Assembly (NCBI GenBank): GCA_951406725.2
Contig: OX597833.1
Span: 49,724,001-49,788,000 of the forward strand
Length of the DNA stretch: 64,000 bases
DNA from: Octopus vulgaris
Lineage: Eukaryota
Direction of reading: 5' to 3'
In this document: positions 28,064-41,904 of the stretch, one piece after another
Position numbering within the stretch: the first letter of the stretch is position 1
How the letters are laid out: each line of letters starts with the position of its first letter
Notes under the pieces: model-generated
Databases searched by the model: none
The model's input: only the letters and a program-made list of their open reading frames with translations
What the model was told of the DNA's origin: nothing
Translations under genes and position numbers: made by a program

Positions 28064-28202
28064 CGTTGTTTAACGCCCATGTCCATGCAGGCATAGGTTG
28101 GGGCGTTTGACAGGTTCTGACAGGTTCAAGGATTGCATCGTGTCCCAGTGTCTGTTTTGACGGGGTTTCTACGACTGGATGCCTTTCCTAATGCCAACCC
28201 CT
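28064..28202 (-). mobile_element. Older SINE/RTE-type 3' remnant (host of the SINE-B trimer)
   Basis: Minus strand has ggttggcattaggaaaggcatccagtcgtagaaa and a tail ending aaacaac. Confidence 0.5.
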
Positions 28203-28216
28203 TTACAACGTGTACT

Positions 28217-28815
28217 TGTTTCTTTACTACCCACAAGGAGCTACACACAGAGGGGACAAACAAGGACAGGCAAACGGATTAAGTCGATTATATCGACCCA
28301 TGTACGTAACTGGTACTTATTTAATCAATCCCGAAAGGGTGAAAGGTAAAGTCGACCTCGGCGGAATTTGAACTCAGAACGTAGCGGCAGACGAAATACC
28401 TATTTCTTTACTACCCACAAGGGGCTAAACACAGAGGGGACAAACAAGGACAAACAAACAGATTAAGTCGATTGCATCGACCCCAGTGCGTAACTGGTAC
28501 ATAATTTATCGACCCTGAAAGGATGAAAGGCAAAGTCGACCTCGGCGGAGTTTGAACTCAGAACGTAGCGGCAGACGAAATACCTATTTCTTTACTACCC
28601 ACAAGGGGCTAAACACAGAAGGGACAAACAAGGACAGGCAAACGGATTAAGTCGATTATATCGACCCCAGTACGTAACTGGTACTTATTTTATCGACCCC
28701 GAAAGGATGAAAGGCAAAGTCCACCTCCGCGGAATTTGAAGTCAGAACGTAGCGGCAGACGAAATACCGCTAAAAATTTCGCCCGGCGTGCTAACGTTTC
28801 TGCCAGCTCGCCGCC
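28217..28815 (-). mobile_element. SINE family B with three tandem 184-bp body/tail units
   Basis: A single head ggcggcgagctggcagaaacgttagc; units begin at 28217, 28401 and 28585; 14-bp TSD ttacaacgtgtact at 28203-28216 and 28816-28829. Confidence 0.9.
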
Positions 28816-29343
28816 TTACAACGTGTACTGGGTGACCTTTTATACATACTGCCAACTCTAGTGAGGCCACTATAGAACTTGTAAGATTATTAACCCTCAA
28901 AGAGGTACCTTTATACTGGGAGATAAGGTGTTAACCTATGAGGGTAGGGGCTTCGTGCTTAGAGTAGCTACATAGTTACTCACGTTTTTGAAGAGAGGTT
29001 GAAAGTGATCGGTGTGGGGCTGGCAATAGATAAAGATAGTGATGATGAGGTGTCTGGGCAGACACTAAAGATGCGCGATACGTAGACGTGAGTAAGGAGA
29101 GAGAAACCTGGAATATAGGTGGGTAGATTTTGCAACGGTTTATCCATACATGCATACATACATACATACATACATACATACATACATGGGGAGTGATGAA
29201 TGAGTGAGGGTGTGGCAACATAATGAATGAAGAAAAGCGTATTGAAGAGTAGATTTAGTGAAAGGTGGATAAGGGTGGGTGGAGTCCAATGAAAACATGG
29301 GGATGAAGTACAGCAAAGAGCGCGTGCGCACGTCTGTGTGTGT

Positions 29344-29393
<50 letters not shown>

Positions 29394-29720
29394 AAGAGAG
29401 AGAAATGGGGAGTGAGAGAGATGACGAGAGACTGGGGTTGGTGCCAAAGTGGGGAGGGTGACAGTTATAGACTAAGGTGTCCGTGGTGGAGGAAGAGAGT
29501 TCAGAGGAATATTGGTATTGTATATATATATATATATATATATACAGACACAATACCAATATTCCTCTGAACTTTTTAATAATTCTTTCTGTAAATTGTT
29601 TTTAACATTTTCTTAAGAATGAATATATATATTGTAATCTTTTGTGTCCAATATTTTAATGAACTTGTTAATTTTTTTAATATTTTCCCAATATTTTCCC
29701 TTTTAAACTGTTTTTAACAT

Positions 29721-30132
29721 ACTCTTTTACTCTTTTTTCTTTTTATTTGTTTCAGTCATTTGACTGCGGCCATGCTGGAGCACCGCCTTTAGTCGAGCAA
29801 ATCGACCCCGGGACTTATTCTTTGTAAGCCCAGTACTTATTCTATCGGTCCCTTTTGACGAACAGTTAAGTTACGGGAACGTAAACACACCAGCATCGGT
29901 TGTCAAGCAATGCTAGGGGGACAAACACATACACACAAACACACACACATACATATATATACATATATACGACAGGCTACTTTCAGTTTCCGTCTACCAA
30001 ATCCACTCACAAGGCATTGGTCGGCCCGGGGCTATAGCAGAAGACACTTGCCCAAGATGCCACGCAGTGGGACTGAACCCAGAACCATGTGGTTGGTTAG
30101 CAAGCTACTTACCACACAGCCACTCCTGCGCC
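29721..30132 (-). mobile_element. SINE family A
   Basis: Full reverse-strand copy. Confidence 0.92.
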
Positions 30133-30366
30133 TATATTCTTATTATTATTAACATGATCTTATTATTATCAAAGAATGTATATATATATTGTAATATTTT
30201 GTGACAACTAGTACCTAACACAACAAAGCTTTTACATGTTACTTCTGACAATCTTTTTCTAAAAAAGTGAAACCGGTCAAGTAAATAAACATCTTTTAAA
30301 ATTGCATTTTCAAACCTTCTTTCATATATAATTCCACTCGTGCGGTATCTTACAACTCCACTTTGT

Positions 30367-30469
<103 letters not shown>

Positions 30470-31219
30470 GTATGTATATATGTATATATATTTATATATA
30501 GTTATACATAGTCGGTTGAGTGTGTGAATTACTTTCAGTGATAACGAGGAATAAGGTTTCTCAGTTATACTTTCCCTTTCCTATATGTGTATGTGTGTGT
30601 GTGTGAGTGTACGTATGCGTGTGTGTATTTGTGCGTATGCGGCATATATTTAGAGGGTATGTCTACAAACTACATGTTAGTATACCTGAGATCTACGCAG
30701 TATAATTATCCTTATGCACTGAAGAAAGACACGAAGGCTCAAACAACGTCTGTTACTTTCAACCAAAAACTTCAGACCTTAAGGCATTGTGCCAACAGTA
30801 TTTGACAGTGACATGGTTACATTAGCGCAGCGGTGTGGCCTGCAAATTGAAGCTATCTAAAAGAGCATTTCTGTTTGTTTTTTTTTTTTCTCCTATAATT
30901 TTTCGATCGCCTGACATTTTAATTGCACGTGAAATGCAATAAAATAAATATCAGGCTTGGTTTTGTGTTGAACCAGCGAGTGATTAGAAGCGTACAGCTT
31001 GCTTTATGCCATTAAGAATCACTAACGATTTAAAACAAATGGTTAAATAACGATATCAGCAATGAACGAAATATAAAAGCGATATTTTAATATCCTTTTG
31101 AATCTAGCTATTATCTCATTTCTATTTGACAATATCTATGATATAAAGCGAACAAAGGAGTTCTACGTAGTCGTACCATCTGCTAGAAGTAGCAGCCAAA
31201 TTTCCACTCTTATTACACA

Positions 31220-31609
31220 GGCGTAGGAGTGGCTGTGTGGTAAGTAGCTTGCTTACCAACCATATGGTTCCGGGTTCAGTCCCCCTGCGTGGCACCTTGG
31301 GCAAGTGTCTTCTACTATAGCCTCGGGCCGACCAAAGCCTTGCGAGTGGATTTGGTAGACGGAAACTGAAAGAATCCCGTCGTATTTTTGTATATGTATA
31401 TATATATGTGCATGTGTTTGTCCCTCTAACATCGCTTGACAACCGATTCTGGTGTGTTTACGTCCCCGTAACTTAGCGGTTCGGCAAAAGAGACCGATAG
31501 GATAAGTACTAAGCTTACAAAGAATAAGTCCTGGGGTCGATTTGCTCGGCTAAAGGCGGTGCTCCTGCATGGCCACAGTCAAATGACTGAAACAAGTAAA
31601 AGAGTAAAA
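31220..31609 (+). mobile_element. SINE family A
   Basis: Full forward copy. Confidence 0.92.
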
Positions 31610-33353
31610 TATTAACGTTTTGAAATGAGAGAGAGACACATTAAATGATATGGACTTAAATATGGAATGTCAATGAATTGACAGAGAATGTTATGGCTGG
31701 AACGCTTTTGACCATAGATCTGTGCAGCTAATGCTGATCTAGCACTAAGCGACAACAACAACAACAACAAGAGCAATATTTCCTCTTCATTAGTGTTTGC
31801 ATATTTCTTCATGGTTTAGAAATTCAGTTATGCTTCTGTTTTCGTTTTGTTAGAGTTTTGTATGCATGAATGTGATTAATCATAAAAAGATTAGCAGAAA
31901 ATAAAAAAAGTAATAATTTTATTTATTTATTTATTTGTTTATTGCTAAAAGATGAATTTAAAATATTCGAAGTCAACTAAAGAGTGTTTGTATGAAAAGA
32001 AAATGCAACCCTGAATGTGTTTCTGGTGCAGGCAAATTTATTGATAGAGTCAGTCAGAAGAAGAAGAAAAAAAAACGACAAAAAACGAAGAGAAAACAAG
32101 AAGATATTGAAAAGGATGGAACAATATACAAAATGGAAAGTACTATATAAAGAAAAAAAGATGTATTTTTACAGCAAAAATAAACGAAGAGAAATAAGAA
32201 GAAAAAAAATGTATTAATGAAGAAATGAAAAATGTCTGGTTAAATACCAATGAAAAGAATCAAGCCTATTTTTAATAATAAATAGAAAAGACGTAAAAAG
32301 AGTGACGAGGTGAATTGGTGATAAATAGTTCAGAAGATGAATGGTGGTTGTGTCGAACATGTCAAAACATTATTAGACTCGCTTCTTTGAATTTTGTTCG
32401 TAATGATTCGGAAGAAATCGGAGTTTAAGCGGGAACTAAGTGAAAGAGGTTATCGTCTGCTTGTCAATGGAGGAAAATAGAAGACGTGAAGATCGCTTGA
32501 AAGATACGAATTACGGGAATTGTTTCACTTGAGGACAATAGCTATCAGGTTGTCAATATTCTTACACTTTTGGATTTATTATGAGTGATGATTTTTTTAA
32601 AAGTGTTTCCTCTTTTTTTCTTTTTTTTCCTGAAGCATATTATCTCTGCGTCACCGTATGAATATGTATCTTGTAGTTGTGTGTGGATGTATAAATGTAT
32701 GAATGCAATACTGCAAAAATACATGATTGCGTTGTATGGTGAGATTATTTTCCTATAGAATCAGATATATAAATGTGTATATAAACGTGGGTGTATGAAT
32801 GAATAATAAATGCATATGCGTAATTCTGTGCAGAATTATGATGAGGAATTTTTTATTATTTATATTTTTATAAAAACGTGAATGTACGCATGTTTTTAGT
32901 GACTGTCTGAATGGCGTAATGGTTTCGAAATAGATAATCATTATTTCGTAAGAAACTCAGAGCTATTCAAATTGTTACGATAATTGCTGTTACTGAATTT
33001 TTTTACTGCGGTTGTCATAAGCAATAAGGCGAAGAACATTGAAAGGGTTCAATAGCATTCTATATGAGGAGACAATTACTTCTCTTATAAGGTTAATTTA
33101 TCTTTTACCATGTACCGATTTTAGTCATTGGATAGCAGCCATGGTGGGGCGCCGTCTTGAAGGCTTTAGTTGAACAAATCGCCCCTAATACTTATTTTCA
33201 AACATGGTAATTGTTAAATCGGTGTCCATTTCACCAAACGCTATTTTATGGAGACGTGAGGAAAGTAACACCGGTTGTCCGGCTGTAGTGGGGGACCAAC
33301 ACAGACACATACACAGATATACTGGAAATCACACAGACACAAACACACTCACA

Positions 33354-33412
<59 letters not shown>

Positions 33413-33536
33413 GCACATACACACACACAACAATCATCCACACAAATTCCGACTTATATCGGCCGGCCCTGGACCTGTGTGGAAAACACTTGATCAAAAA
33501 GTACAGCAAATGTTAAGAGCGCGTGCGCACATCTGT

Positions 33537-33603
<67 letters not shown>

Positions 33604-33694
33604 TAAGACTGACCCAAAACTACTTTGCTGCAAAACGATTTCCTAAAAATTTTGAATTGATATTGAGATGAAATTTATCTGATATAATTGTTTC

Positions 33695-33902
33695 TAATTT
33701 TTGGTACCGGGCCAGCAATTATGGGAATGGGGCAAGTCGATTACATGGACCCCAGTACTCTACCGGTACTTATCTTTATCGATTCTGACCTTATGAAAGG
33801 CAACGTCTATCTTAGCATCATTTGAACACAGAACGTACGTCCAGATGAAATGCCACTTAACACTTTACCTGGCGCGTTAACGTTTCTGCTAGGAGGCCGT
33901 CT
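33695..33902 (-). mobile_element. Diverged SINE family B
   Basis: aagtcgattacat..ccccagtact...atgaaaggca...cagaacgta...gttaacgtttctgc aligns with family B. Confidence 0.7.
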
Positions 33903-34589
33903 TAAATTTATGTTATAAAATCTATTTTTAGTGTATTCTTGTAGTTCTGTGCCATTTTTAGCGGTCTCTATCTGTATGTATGAATCTAGATATCAAACAA
34001 TATGAATAATTCCTTGTGTCGATAACAGACGGACGTCCAGCTGCTCGATGGCTGGACAGCAAACTCATTAAACTAGTTTACTCGTAACTGAATATTCCAT
34101 AGAAAAGCGCACACTCAACGTAATTCCGCGATAAAGTTCACATGACACAAGTCTGACAAATCTAGACATCTGAATCGCAGGTAGAGTCCAGCCAACGGGC
34201 TTCAGTATCGTTTTCCTTTAATTCCCTTCGGTCAACCCGAGGCTAGCTATGTTGAAATCTATTTCCAAAGATGCCACGAAGTAAGAACAAATTCGGCTCC
34301 ACCTGTGCTTGAAGCGAGCTTCATAATTACTCTGCCACAGGTAAAGTGTGTCCATCTGTACTGCAGTTGTCCAGATTTAAAATTCTGATTAAAAAGTGGT
34401 AAAAGCCGTTGTACTAATACATCTAACTGATGTACTTATAGACCTAACCTCGTTTATCACGGGGTTTTGATTTCGGAGGAAAACATTAGTGATAAACGAA
34501 TCTTTTGCACTCGCTTTGCAAATGAAACGACACCAAACTCGTGGCTCACACATCGAAGCTTCTAATGTCTCGTATTTCCTTGGCCATTT

Positions 34590-34805
34590 CTACATTTTCC
34601 TCTCGAGAGTACATCCTCGGATTTTCCTGTTCACTGGTCCTGTGTTGACGGATACAAGTAAAACACAACCTAACAGCACAGTCAATCCGATAGTCAATGC
34701 ATTCAGGGTAGCTGAGCATAACGGGTGGTCACTTGGTGGGGGTGGGGGTGCGATACAAATAGAATCTTCGACTGATCGCCGACCCGTGCTATTGCAATAA
34801 TCCAT
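34590..34805 (-). CDS. Candidate small membrane-protein ORF or first coding exon (71 aa)
   Basis: True ATG in strong Kozak context (atcATGg), non-repetitive sequence, NST sequon, poly-Pro stretch and a ~20-aa hydrophobic segment followed by NRKIR. No homology recognised. Confidence 0.3.
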   Translation of the reverse strand: MDYCNSTGRRSVEDSICIAPPPPPSDHPLCSATLNALTIGLTVLLGCVLLVSVNTGPVNRKIRGCTLERKM

Positions 34806-35238
34806 GATAAGCGTAACAGATTACACTGTAGATCATTCCATATTATCCTAGATAGATCAGTGATGAATGAATTAGTGATAAAAGAAACTACATGTAATAT
34901 ATATGCCGTGTGTTACGTTGAATGGTTCTCATAATCCGGTGAATCAGTTGTCTCAACAGTACAGCGTTGATCATTAAAAAGCGAAACCCATAAAGACACA
35001 TTCACTGTTCAATTGATATTTTTTCACTGTCTATGTAGATGGGTCTAATGTAAAATATCTTGGTGACAGCCAAAGTATGAAGTCTGAAAATAGTTAAATA
35101 ATAGGCGTAGGAGTGGCTGTGTTGAAGGTAATGTTATTTCTTTTGTGGAAACAACTTCGGTGGCTATACCAGAATAAGGAGCTATTTCTAGCACTAGAGT
35201 TAACCACTTAACGGTAACTCTCTTATATTTACGTATAA

Positions 35239-35317
<79 letters not shown>

Positions 35318-35672
35318 TGTGTGTATAAGTTTGTGTGTCTGTGTTTGTCTCCCCCAATATCACTTGACAACCGATGCTGGTGTTTACGTCCCCATAACTT
35401 AGCGGTTCCTCTACGTTAACTTCCCCTGTGTTTCTTGCGAATTTATATTTGTAGTTTAGTGTATAATTTCGTTCCTTCTCTTTCCTTCTCTTTCCTGAAT
35501 CTTCTAGAGCATATCATTTGCTACAGGGTTGTCAGAAATAGCGATATAAAATAACGAAAAGAAAAATTCTAAATAATTTTGTACATTTTCATTTTAGATC
35601 GCTTTCATATATTTTCCTATACGTAGAATTCTTCGCGTTACGATATACAAATAAGCACGCGGTCAACCTATT

Positions 35673-36077
35673 TACTCTTTTACTCTTTTACTTATTTCAG
35701 TCATTTGACTGTGGCCATGCTGGAGCACCGCCTTTAGTCGAGCGAATAGACCCCAGGACTTATTCTTTGTAAGCCTAGTACTTATTCTATCGGTCTATTT
35801 TGCCGAACTGCTAAGTTACAGGGACGTAAACACACCAGCATCGCTTGTGAAGCGATGTTGGGGGGGGGGGGACAAACACAGACACACACACACATTTATA
35901 TATATACATATATACCACAGGCTTCTTTCAGTTTCCGTCTACCAAATCCACTCACAAGGCTTTGGTCGGCCCGAGGTTATAGTAGAAGACACTTGCCGAA
36001 GGTGCCACGCAGCGGGATTGAACTCGGAACCATGTAGTTGGCATGCAAGCTACTTACCACACAGCCACTCCTTCGCC
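35673..36077 (-). mobile_element. SINE family A
   Basis: Full reverse-strand copy. Confidence 0.92.
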
Positions 36078-36983
36078 TATGCTCAAGATTACAACAAACC
36101 ACCCCGTTCAGGAATTGAATCACGCTCGCAGGTACAACACTCTAACCACTGGGCCATGCGCCCTCGACTACATACATACATACATACATACATACATACA
36201 TACATACATACATACATACATACATACATACATACATACATACATACATACATACGTAGATATGTGCGTATGTATGTGCATACATTTGTACTTATGAAAT
36301 ATCAGATTGCGTAGATAGATCGTTACGCGTACATTTTTTGTACACATAATAATATTAACAAAAGATGCCCTGTAAAGGAAGATAAACTACAAACTATATA
36401 CCACAAACCGTTAGGCATATAGATAGATACATTATGAAACATTGGATAGAAAATGATTGATAATCTGTTTGAAGATTCTGAATCGAGATTTACTACGAAG
36501 CCTTAGGCTACAGATATTTCTTTCCACACACACTCACACACACAAATATACATATATGTGTGTATGTGTGTATGTATGTCTATTTCTGTAGCTACTTTTT
36601 AAAAAAATTCTCATCGTTCTGAACTAATTTCATCTCAGCTACCTTCCTTACTGACTGTCAATCTCGGTGATATACCAGAAAATGAAGATTTTGCCCTTAG
36701 GGACCGTACAACTAGTGAGTTAGTGCTCTAAACTGGGGGGGCAATTTGGATGATTGGGCCTTTAGCAACATTGAAATGAGAGATGAAGGAGAGAAGAAAA
36801 GATGTGAAGAGATACTATAATGTTCGTTTTTAAAGAGTAATCTCCACAGTAACTCATTGGAAATCGATATGCTACGAAGTATAGAATTTTATACTGTATA
36901 CAGCCCAGTGTGTTTGTCACTTTGTCTCTTTCCCTCTTCCTCTCTTTCTGCCTCTTTCTGTCACACACACACACAAACACACA

Positions 36984-37075
<92 letters not shown>

Positions 37076-37482
37076 CTTTATTTAAAAGCAGCAGAAATAT
37101 GTGCTTACTCCGATATGTATATATATATATATATGCACGCGTGTGTGTGTGTGCATATGTGTGTGTGTTTGTGTGTGTATGTGTGTGTATGTATGTATGT
37201 ATATATGTATGTGTGTTTGTGTGTGCAGATATATTAAATTCATATATATCTATTTATGAGCATCTACATCTATGCTTATATATATATATATATATATACA
37301 CATTCATATGTATCATATATACACATATGCACATACACACATACATACACACTCACACACACATACACATACACACACACATATATGCATATATATATAT
37401 GTGTGTGTGCGTATATATATATATACATATATATATGTGTGTGTGTGCGTATATATATATATATACATATATATATATGTAC

Positions 37483-37527
<45 letters not shown>

Positions 37528-37606
37528 TATATACATACATATAGATAAAGATAAAGAAAGATAAAGATATATATATGTGCGTGTGTGCGTATAAATAAAT
37601 ATATAA

Positions 37607-37649
<43 letters not shown>

Positions 37650-37964
37650 TACATACATGTATATAGACATGTGTGTGTATGTGTGTGTGTGTAGACACAC
37701 CAAACGCAGAGAACATTAAGAGAACTGTCAGTCAGTCAGTCACTTGATGGTACATGTTCGGATGAAGTAACTGAAGAATCGATCAATTGGTTCTATTTTT
37801 CAATCAAGAGATAAGTAGCTGAGCTAAACGATTTTGTCAGCCCTCGCAGACATTATCGATACATGAAGTACTTTTCTCTCACTTAGACATTCTCCCAGGA
37901 ATTGGCTAGTTTTCTACACAATACAGCGTTTGTTCGTAGAACACATGGTGATTTCTTTTCATTG

Positions 37965-38141
37965 TATCTGTCTGTCTGTTTGTCTGTCTCTCTGTCAGTC
38001 TGTCAGTCTGTCTGTCTGCCTATCAATTTGTCTTTGTGCGATTATCTAACTAACCCTTTCCCTCGCTTTGTCTTGGGAGTATAAATTCATATATAGGGGT
38101 ATGTATATGTGTACACACACACATACACAGACGCAATATAC

Positions 38142-38173
<32 letters not shown>

Positions 38174-38409
38174 ACCACTGCGTGGCACCTTGGGCAAGTG
38201 TCTTCTACTATAGCCGACCAAAGCCTTGTGAGTGGATTTGGTAGACGGAAACTGAAAGAAGCCTGCTGTATCAGTCTGTCTGTTTGTCTGTCTGTCTGCC
38301 TATCAATTTGTCTTTGTGCGATTATCTAACTAACCTTTTCCCTCGCTTTCTCTTTGGAGTATAAATTCATATATAGGGGTATGTATATGTGTACACACAT
38401 ACACAGACG

Positions 38410-38453
<44 letters not shown>

Positions 38454-38582
38454 TTTTAAAATTTTTTTTATTTTATAGAAGGAGCTTCTACAGGACTAGA
38501 ACTGTTTCATTCAAATGAAATCTTCAGGAAGCTTGCTGTCAAAATAAGGTCTGGTATTTATACATTTACTCAACCCGGGACC

Positions 38583-38628
<46 letters not shown>

Positions 38629-38718
38629 ACTGCGGGGAACCTTGGGCAAGTGTCTTCTACTATAGCCGACCAAAGCCTTGTGAGTGGATTTGGTAGACGG
38701 AAACTGAAAGAAGCCTGC
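37965..38718 (+). repeat. Tandem duplication (~300-bp unit) containing a SINE-A fragment; copy 2 carries an extra insert
   Basis: cctatcaatttgtctttgtgcgattatc...gacgcaatata(TA)n ccactgcg...ctatagccgacc...gaagcctgct occurs twice with the same SINE deletion. Confidence 0.9.
38483..38533 (-). ncRNA. Type I hammerhead ribozyme (Penelope-type)
   Basis: Minus strand agcttc-CTGAAGA-tttcatttgaat-GAAAC-agttctagtcct-GTA-gaagct. It has a 6-bp helix I, helix III acag/ctgt and an intact core; helix II is weak. Confidence 0.78.
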
Positions 38719-38744
38719 TATTTCTCTCAACCCTTATATTCACC

Positions 38745-39000
38745 CGGCAACGCATTGTGTCCTTGATCAAGACACTTTATTACACGTTGCTCCAATGAAC
38801 TCCACTGACAGAAATGAGTTCCACCTGTACTTCGAAAGGCCAGCCTTGTTATATTCTGTTTCACACTGACCCTTCCTGAGAATCTACGTTTAGGATAATC
38901 GTGTTTGTTGAAAGCTCAGCCACTTGCACTTAAATTCTAAGAGCTGGCTGTTCCGTTGAAGGGATCAAATGGAAACCTTGTTGTAACCGATAGAGTTCCA
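38745..39000 (+). mobile_element. SINE family D (diverged)
   Basis: gtgtccttgatcaagacactttattacacgttgctcca...aaatgagt; related copy at 41718-41895. Confidence 0.6.
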
Positions 39001-39143
39001 GTTTTTATATACACCATAATTGTGCCTGAAACGCCTCTGCTATCAAGGCAGAAAGTATAATAATATCCCACTTTCTGAAGAAAAAGATATGTTACATACT
39101 TTCGATGCGCTACGTAGGGGCTATTTTCTGTTTTTTTCTTTCG

Positions 39144-39524
39144 TTTTATTTGCTTCAGTCATTTGACTGCGGATATGCTGGAGCACTGCCTTTAGTCGAG
39201 CAAATTACCCCAGGACTTATTCTTTGTAAGCCTAGTACTTATTCTATCGGTCTCTCTTGCCGAACCGCTAAGTGACGGGGACGTAAACACACCAGCATCG
39301 GTTGTCAGGCGATGTTGGGGGGGGGGGGACAAACACAGACACACAAACATATATATATATACGACGGACTTCTTTCAGTTTCCGCCTACCAAATCCACTC
39401 ACAAAGCTTTAGTTGGCCCAAAGCTATGGAAGAAGACACTTGCCCAAGGTACCACGCAGTGGGTCTGAACCCGGAACTATGTGGTTGGTAAGCAAGTTAC
39501 TTACCACACAGCCACTCCTGCGCC
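39144..39524 (-). mobile_element. SINE family A
   Basis: Full reverse-strand copy. Confidence 0.9.
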
Positions 39525-39654
39525 TATAATAATCTACGAACATATTCCGTCATTCGTATTCTTTGTCCTTGAAACATTCCAGTTACATTAGCGGAGCAAT
39601 AAAGTTCAAATTAGTAATCAATAAAAGGCGTGGCTTGACTTCATGCTCTTGTTT

Positions 39655-39875
39655 GATGGGTTAGGGTTACGCTCATTCCAAGTTGGTGGTCTTAGAGACC
39701 TCCCTATGCGTTGAGCCGACCAGGCCTATCAATGCTCGCTATCGCTGGTGGTCTTGTGCCATCCCCTCTTTATCATCAACGGTCACGTCGAGCCACTGGA
39801 GATCTTCCCCATTCACATCCAGCCATCTGGTGCGGGGCCTGGCACATGGCCTCTTCCAGCCAGAAGCTGTTGCGT
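39655..39875 (-). mobile_element. RTE-clade LINE 3' end remnant
   Basis: KRPCARPRTRWLDVNGEDL matches the RTE C-terminal motif GxRxxGRPxxRWxDxxxxDL. Confidence 0.65.
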
Positions 39876-39911
39876 CGAATGAAAATAAAACCCTGGTAGG
39901 ATTATCTAGAG

Positions 39912-40188
39912 CAGGGGTTCTCAACAACTATCTTTTTTATCTATGGAATCCTTTTGATTACTATTTTATTCTGGTGGACCCCAGAGCCATTCGATGCTTA
40001 AAAAGTAGTTTTATACAAACTTCTTTCAAAATTCGTAATTTGCTTTCACGCATTAACTTGTGTAGGTTACACATTATATACATCTAAAACAAAATACTAT
40101 TGTGGACAATTTACTATTTTGGTGCGTGGACCTCAAAAATCTTATATGGAACCTCAGGGGCGATATGGATCCCGTTTGAGAACTCTTG
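39912..40188. mobile_element. hAT (Charlie/MER5-like) MITE
   Basis: TIRs caggggttctcaac / gtttgagaactcttg with a perfect 8-bp TSD atctagag (39904-39911, 40189-40196). Confidence 0.9.
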
Positions 40189-40289
40189 ATCTAGAGGGAG
40201 ACAAAAATGAAAATTAAATTAATATAAGATTATTTCGTTTGAGATAATATATATACCTACCTACCTACATACATACATACATACATACA

Positions 40290-40321
<32 letters not shown>

Positions 40322-40322
40322 A

Positions 40323-40375
<53 letters not shown>

Positions 40376-40378
<3 letters not shown>

Positions 40379-40620
40379 GAGAATTCACAAAAAAAACCCA
40401 AAAGATGAAGACAGGTGGTGTATACAACACACAGATGTATTAGTATAAGGCTCGGGAAGTGAGAAAGTCTTTTATGTTTCGAGCCTACGCTCTTCCACAG
40501 AAAGTAACACAGAAAGAAACAAGGATAGAATAGCGATCTATCATGACGAAGGCCGGACAGAAGGGTCACACATGAGAGCTAGGGAGAAGGGGAGATAAGA
40601 AAGTGGTGGTGATACCAAAA
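40376..40620 (-). mobile_element. Penelope-like terminal repeat fragment (same family as 22225-22445)
   Basis: Minus strand tgtGGAAGAGCgtagGCTCGAAACat; abuts (TA)n. Confidence 0.6.
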
Positions 40621-40673
40621 CGAACGTGCGCGTGCGTGTGCATAACAGAGTCTGTATGTGCGAGTGTATATAC

Positions 40674-40719
<46 letters not shown>

Positions 40720-41205
40720 TTATATACGCATTCATTCATACATACATTCATGCATACGTACATACATACATACAGGCATACTTATTCTGAAAAATAATAT
40801 CATACTGATTTCATTTAAACTACTTTTTATTTACTTCTTGAAATCTTTTTACAAAATATCATATATATTTTTTTCTCGGTGTATTTATTTATTTCTACAA
40901 TTTACTGACATTTTGTCAATATAATGACTTGTGTCGTTTCAAGAATTTATAAGGTTAATTTATAGAAACTCAAAGACTCGTAGTCATGGTTTCATTTATG
41001 TAAAAGCGGAAGTTCATATTGGATTGTTACTGAGTAATTCAAGTTTACTTTGCCGAAGAGGTTAGTTATTCTCTAGTGTCTTTCAAGAGATTTATTACGA
41101 CGGTATTAACATTAATTACAAAGCACTTTAAATCCATCTATCCATCCATACATTCTTACCAAGCATACATACATATACATATATGTATATATATATATGT
41201 ATGTG

Positions 41206-41285
<80 letters not shown>

Positions 41286-41326
41286 AACATATATGTACGT
41301 ACCTACCACATGTACATGTATATATA

Positions 41327-41370
<44 letters not shown>

Positions 41371-41541
41371 GGTAAAAGCAAGACGGTGTATGTATATGTA
41401 TACGTATGTGTATATATATGCATATGTATATATGTATATATATTTTTAAAATATATATAAATGTTTTTTAAATTTTCTCTTTTTGATTGATATATATATA
41501 TATATGTATATATGTGTATATATATGATATGTATATATGTA

Positions 41542-41672
<131 letters not shown>

Positions 41673-41717
41673 CATATATATACGTATATGTATACATATG
41701 TGTATATATATGTATAA

Positions 41718-41895
41718 GTGAAGGCTCGTGGCTTAGTTGCTAGGGCATTCGGCTCATGATCGTAAGGTCATGAGTTCAATTCCTTTCGAGGCGTTTTGTC
41801 CTTGAACATGACACTTTATTTCACGTTGGTCCAGTTCATCACCTGGTAAAAATGAGTAGTACCTGTATTTTAAAGTCCCAGTCTTGTTACACTCT
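41718..41895 (+). mobile_element. SINE family D with tRNA-like head
   Basis: gtgaaggctcgtggcttagttgctagg...gagttcaattcc followed by gtccttgaacatgacactttatttcacgttg. Confidence 0.7.
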
Positions 41896-41904
41896 TCAAG
41901 CACA

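Noticed and set aside
28217-28815. Regularly spaced repeats resembling a CRISPR array
   Set aside because: The units are full 184-bp SINE duplicates with no unique spacers, in a eukaryotic context.
39657-39669. Telomere-like gggttagggtta
   Set aside because: Only two units, within an RTE 3' remnant.
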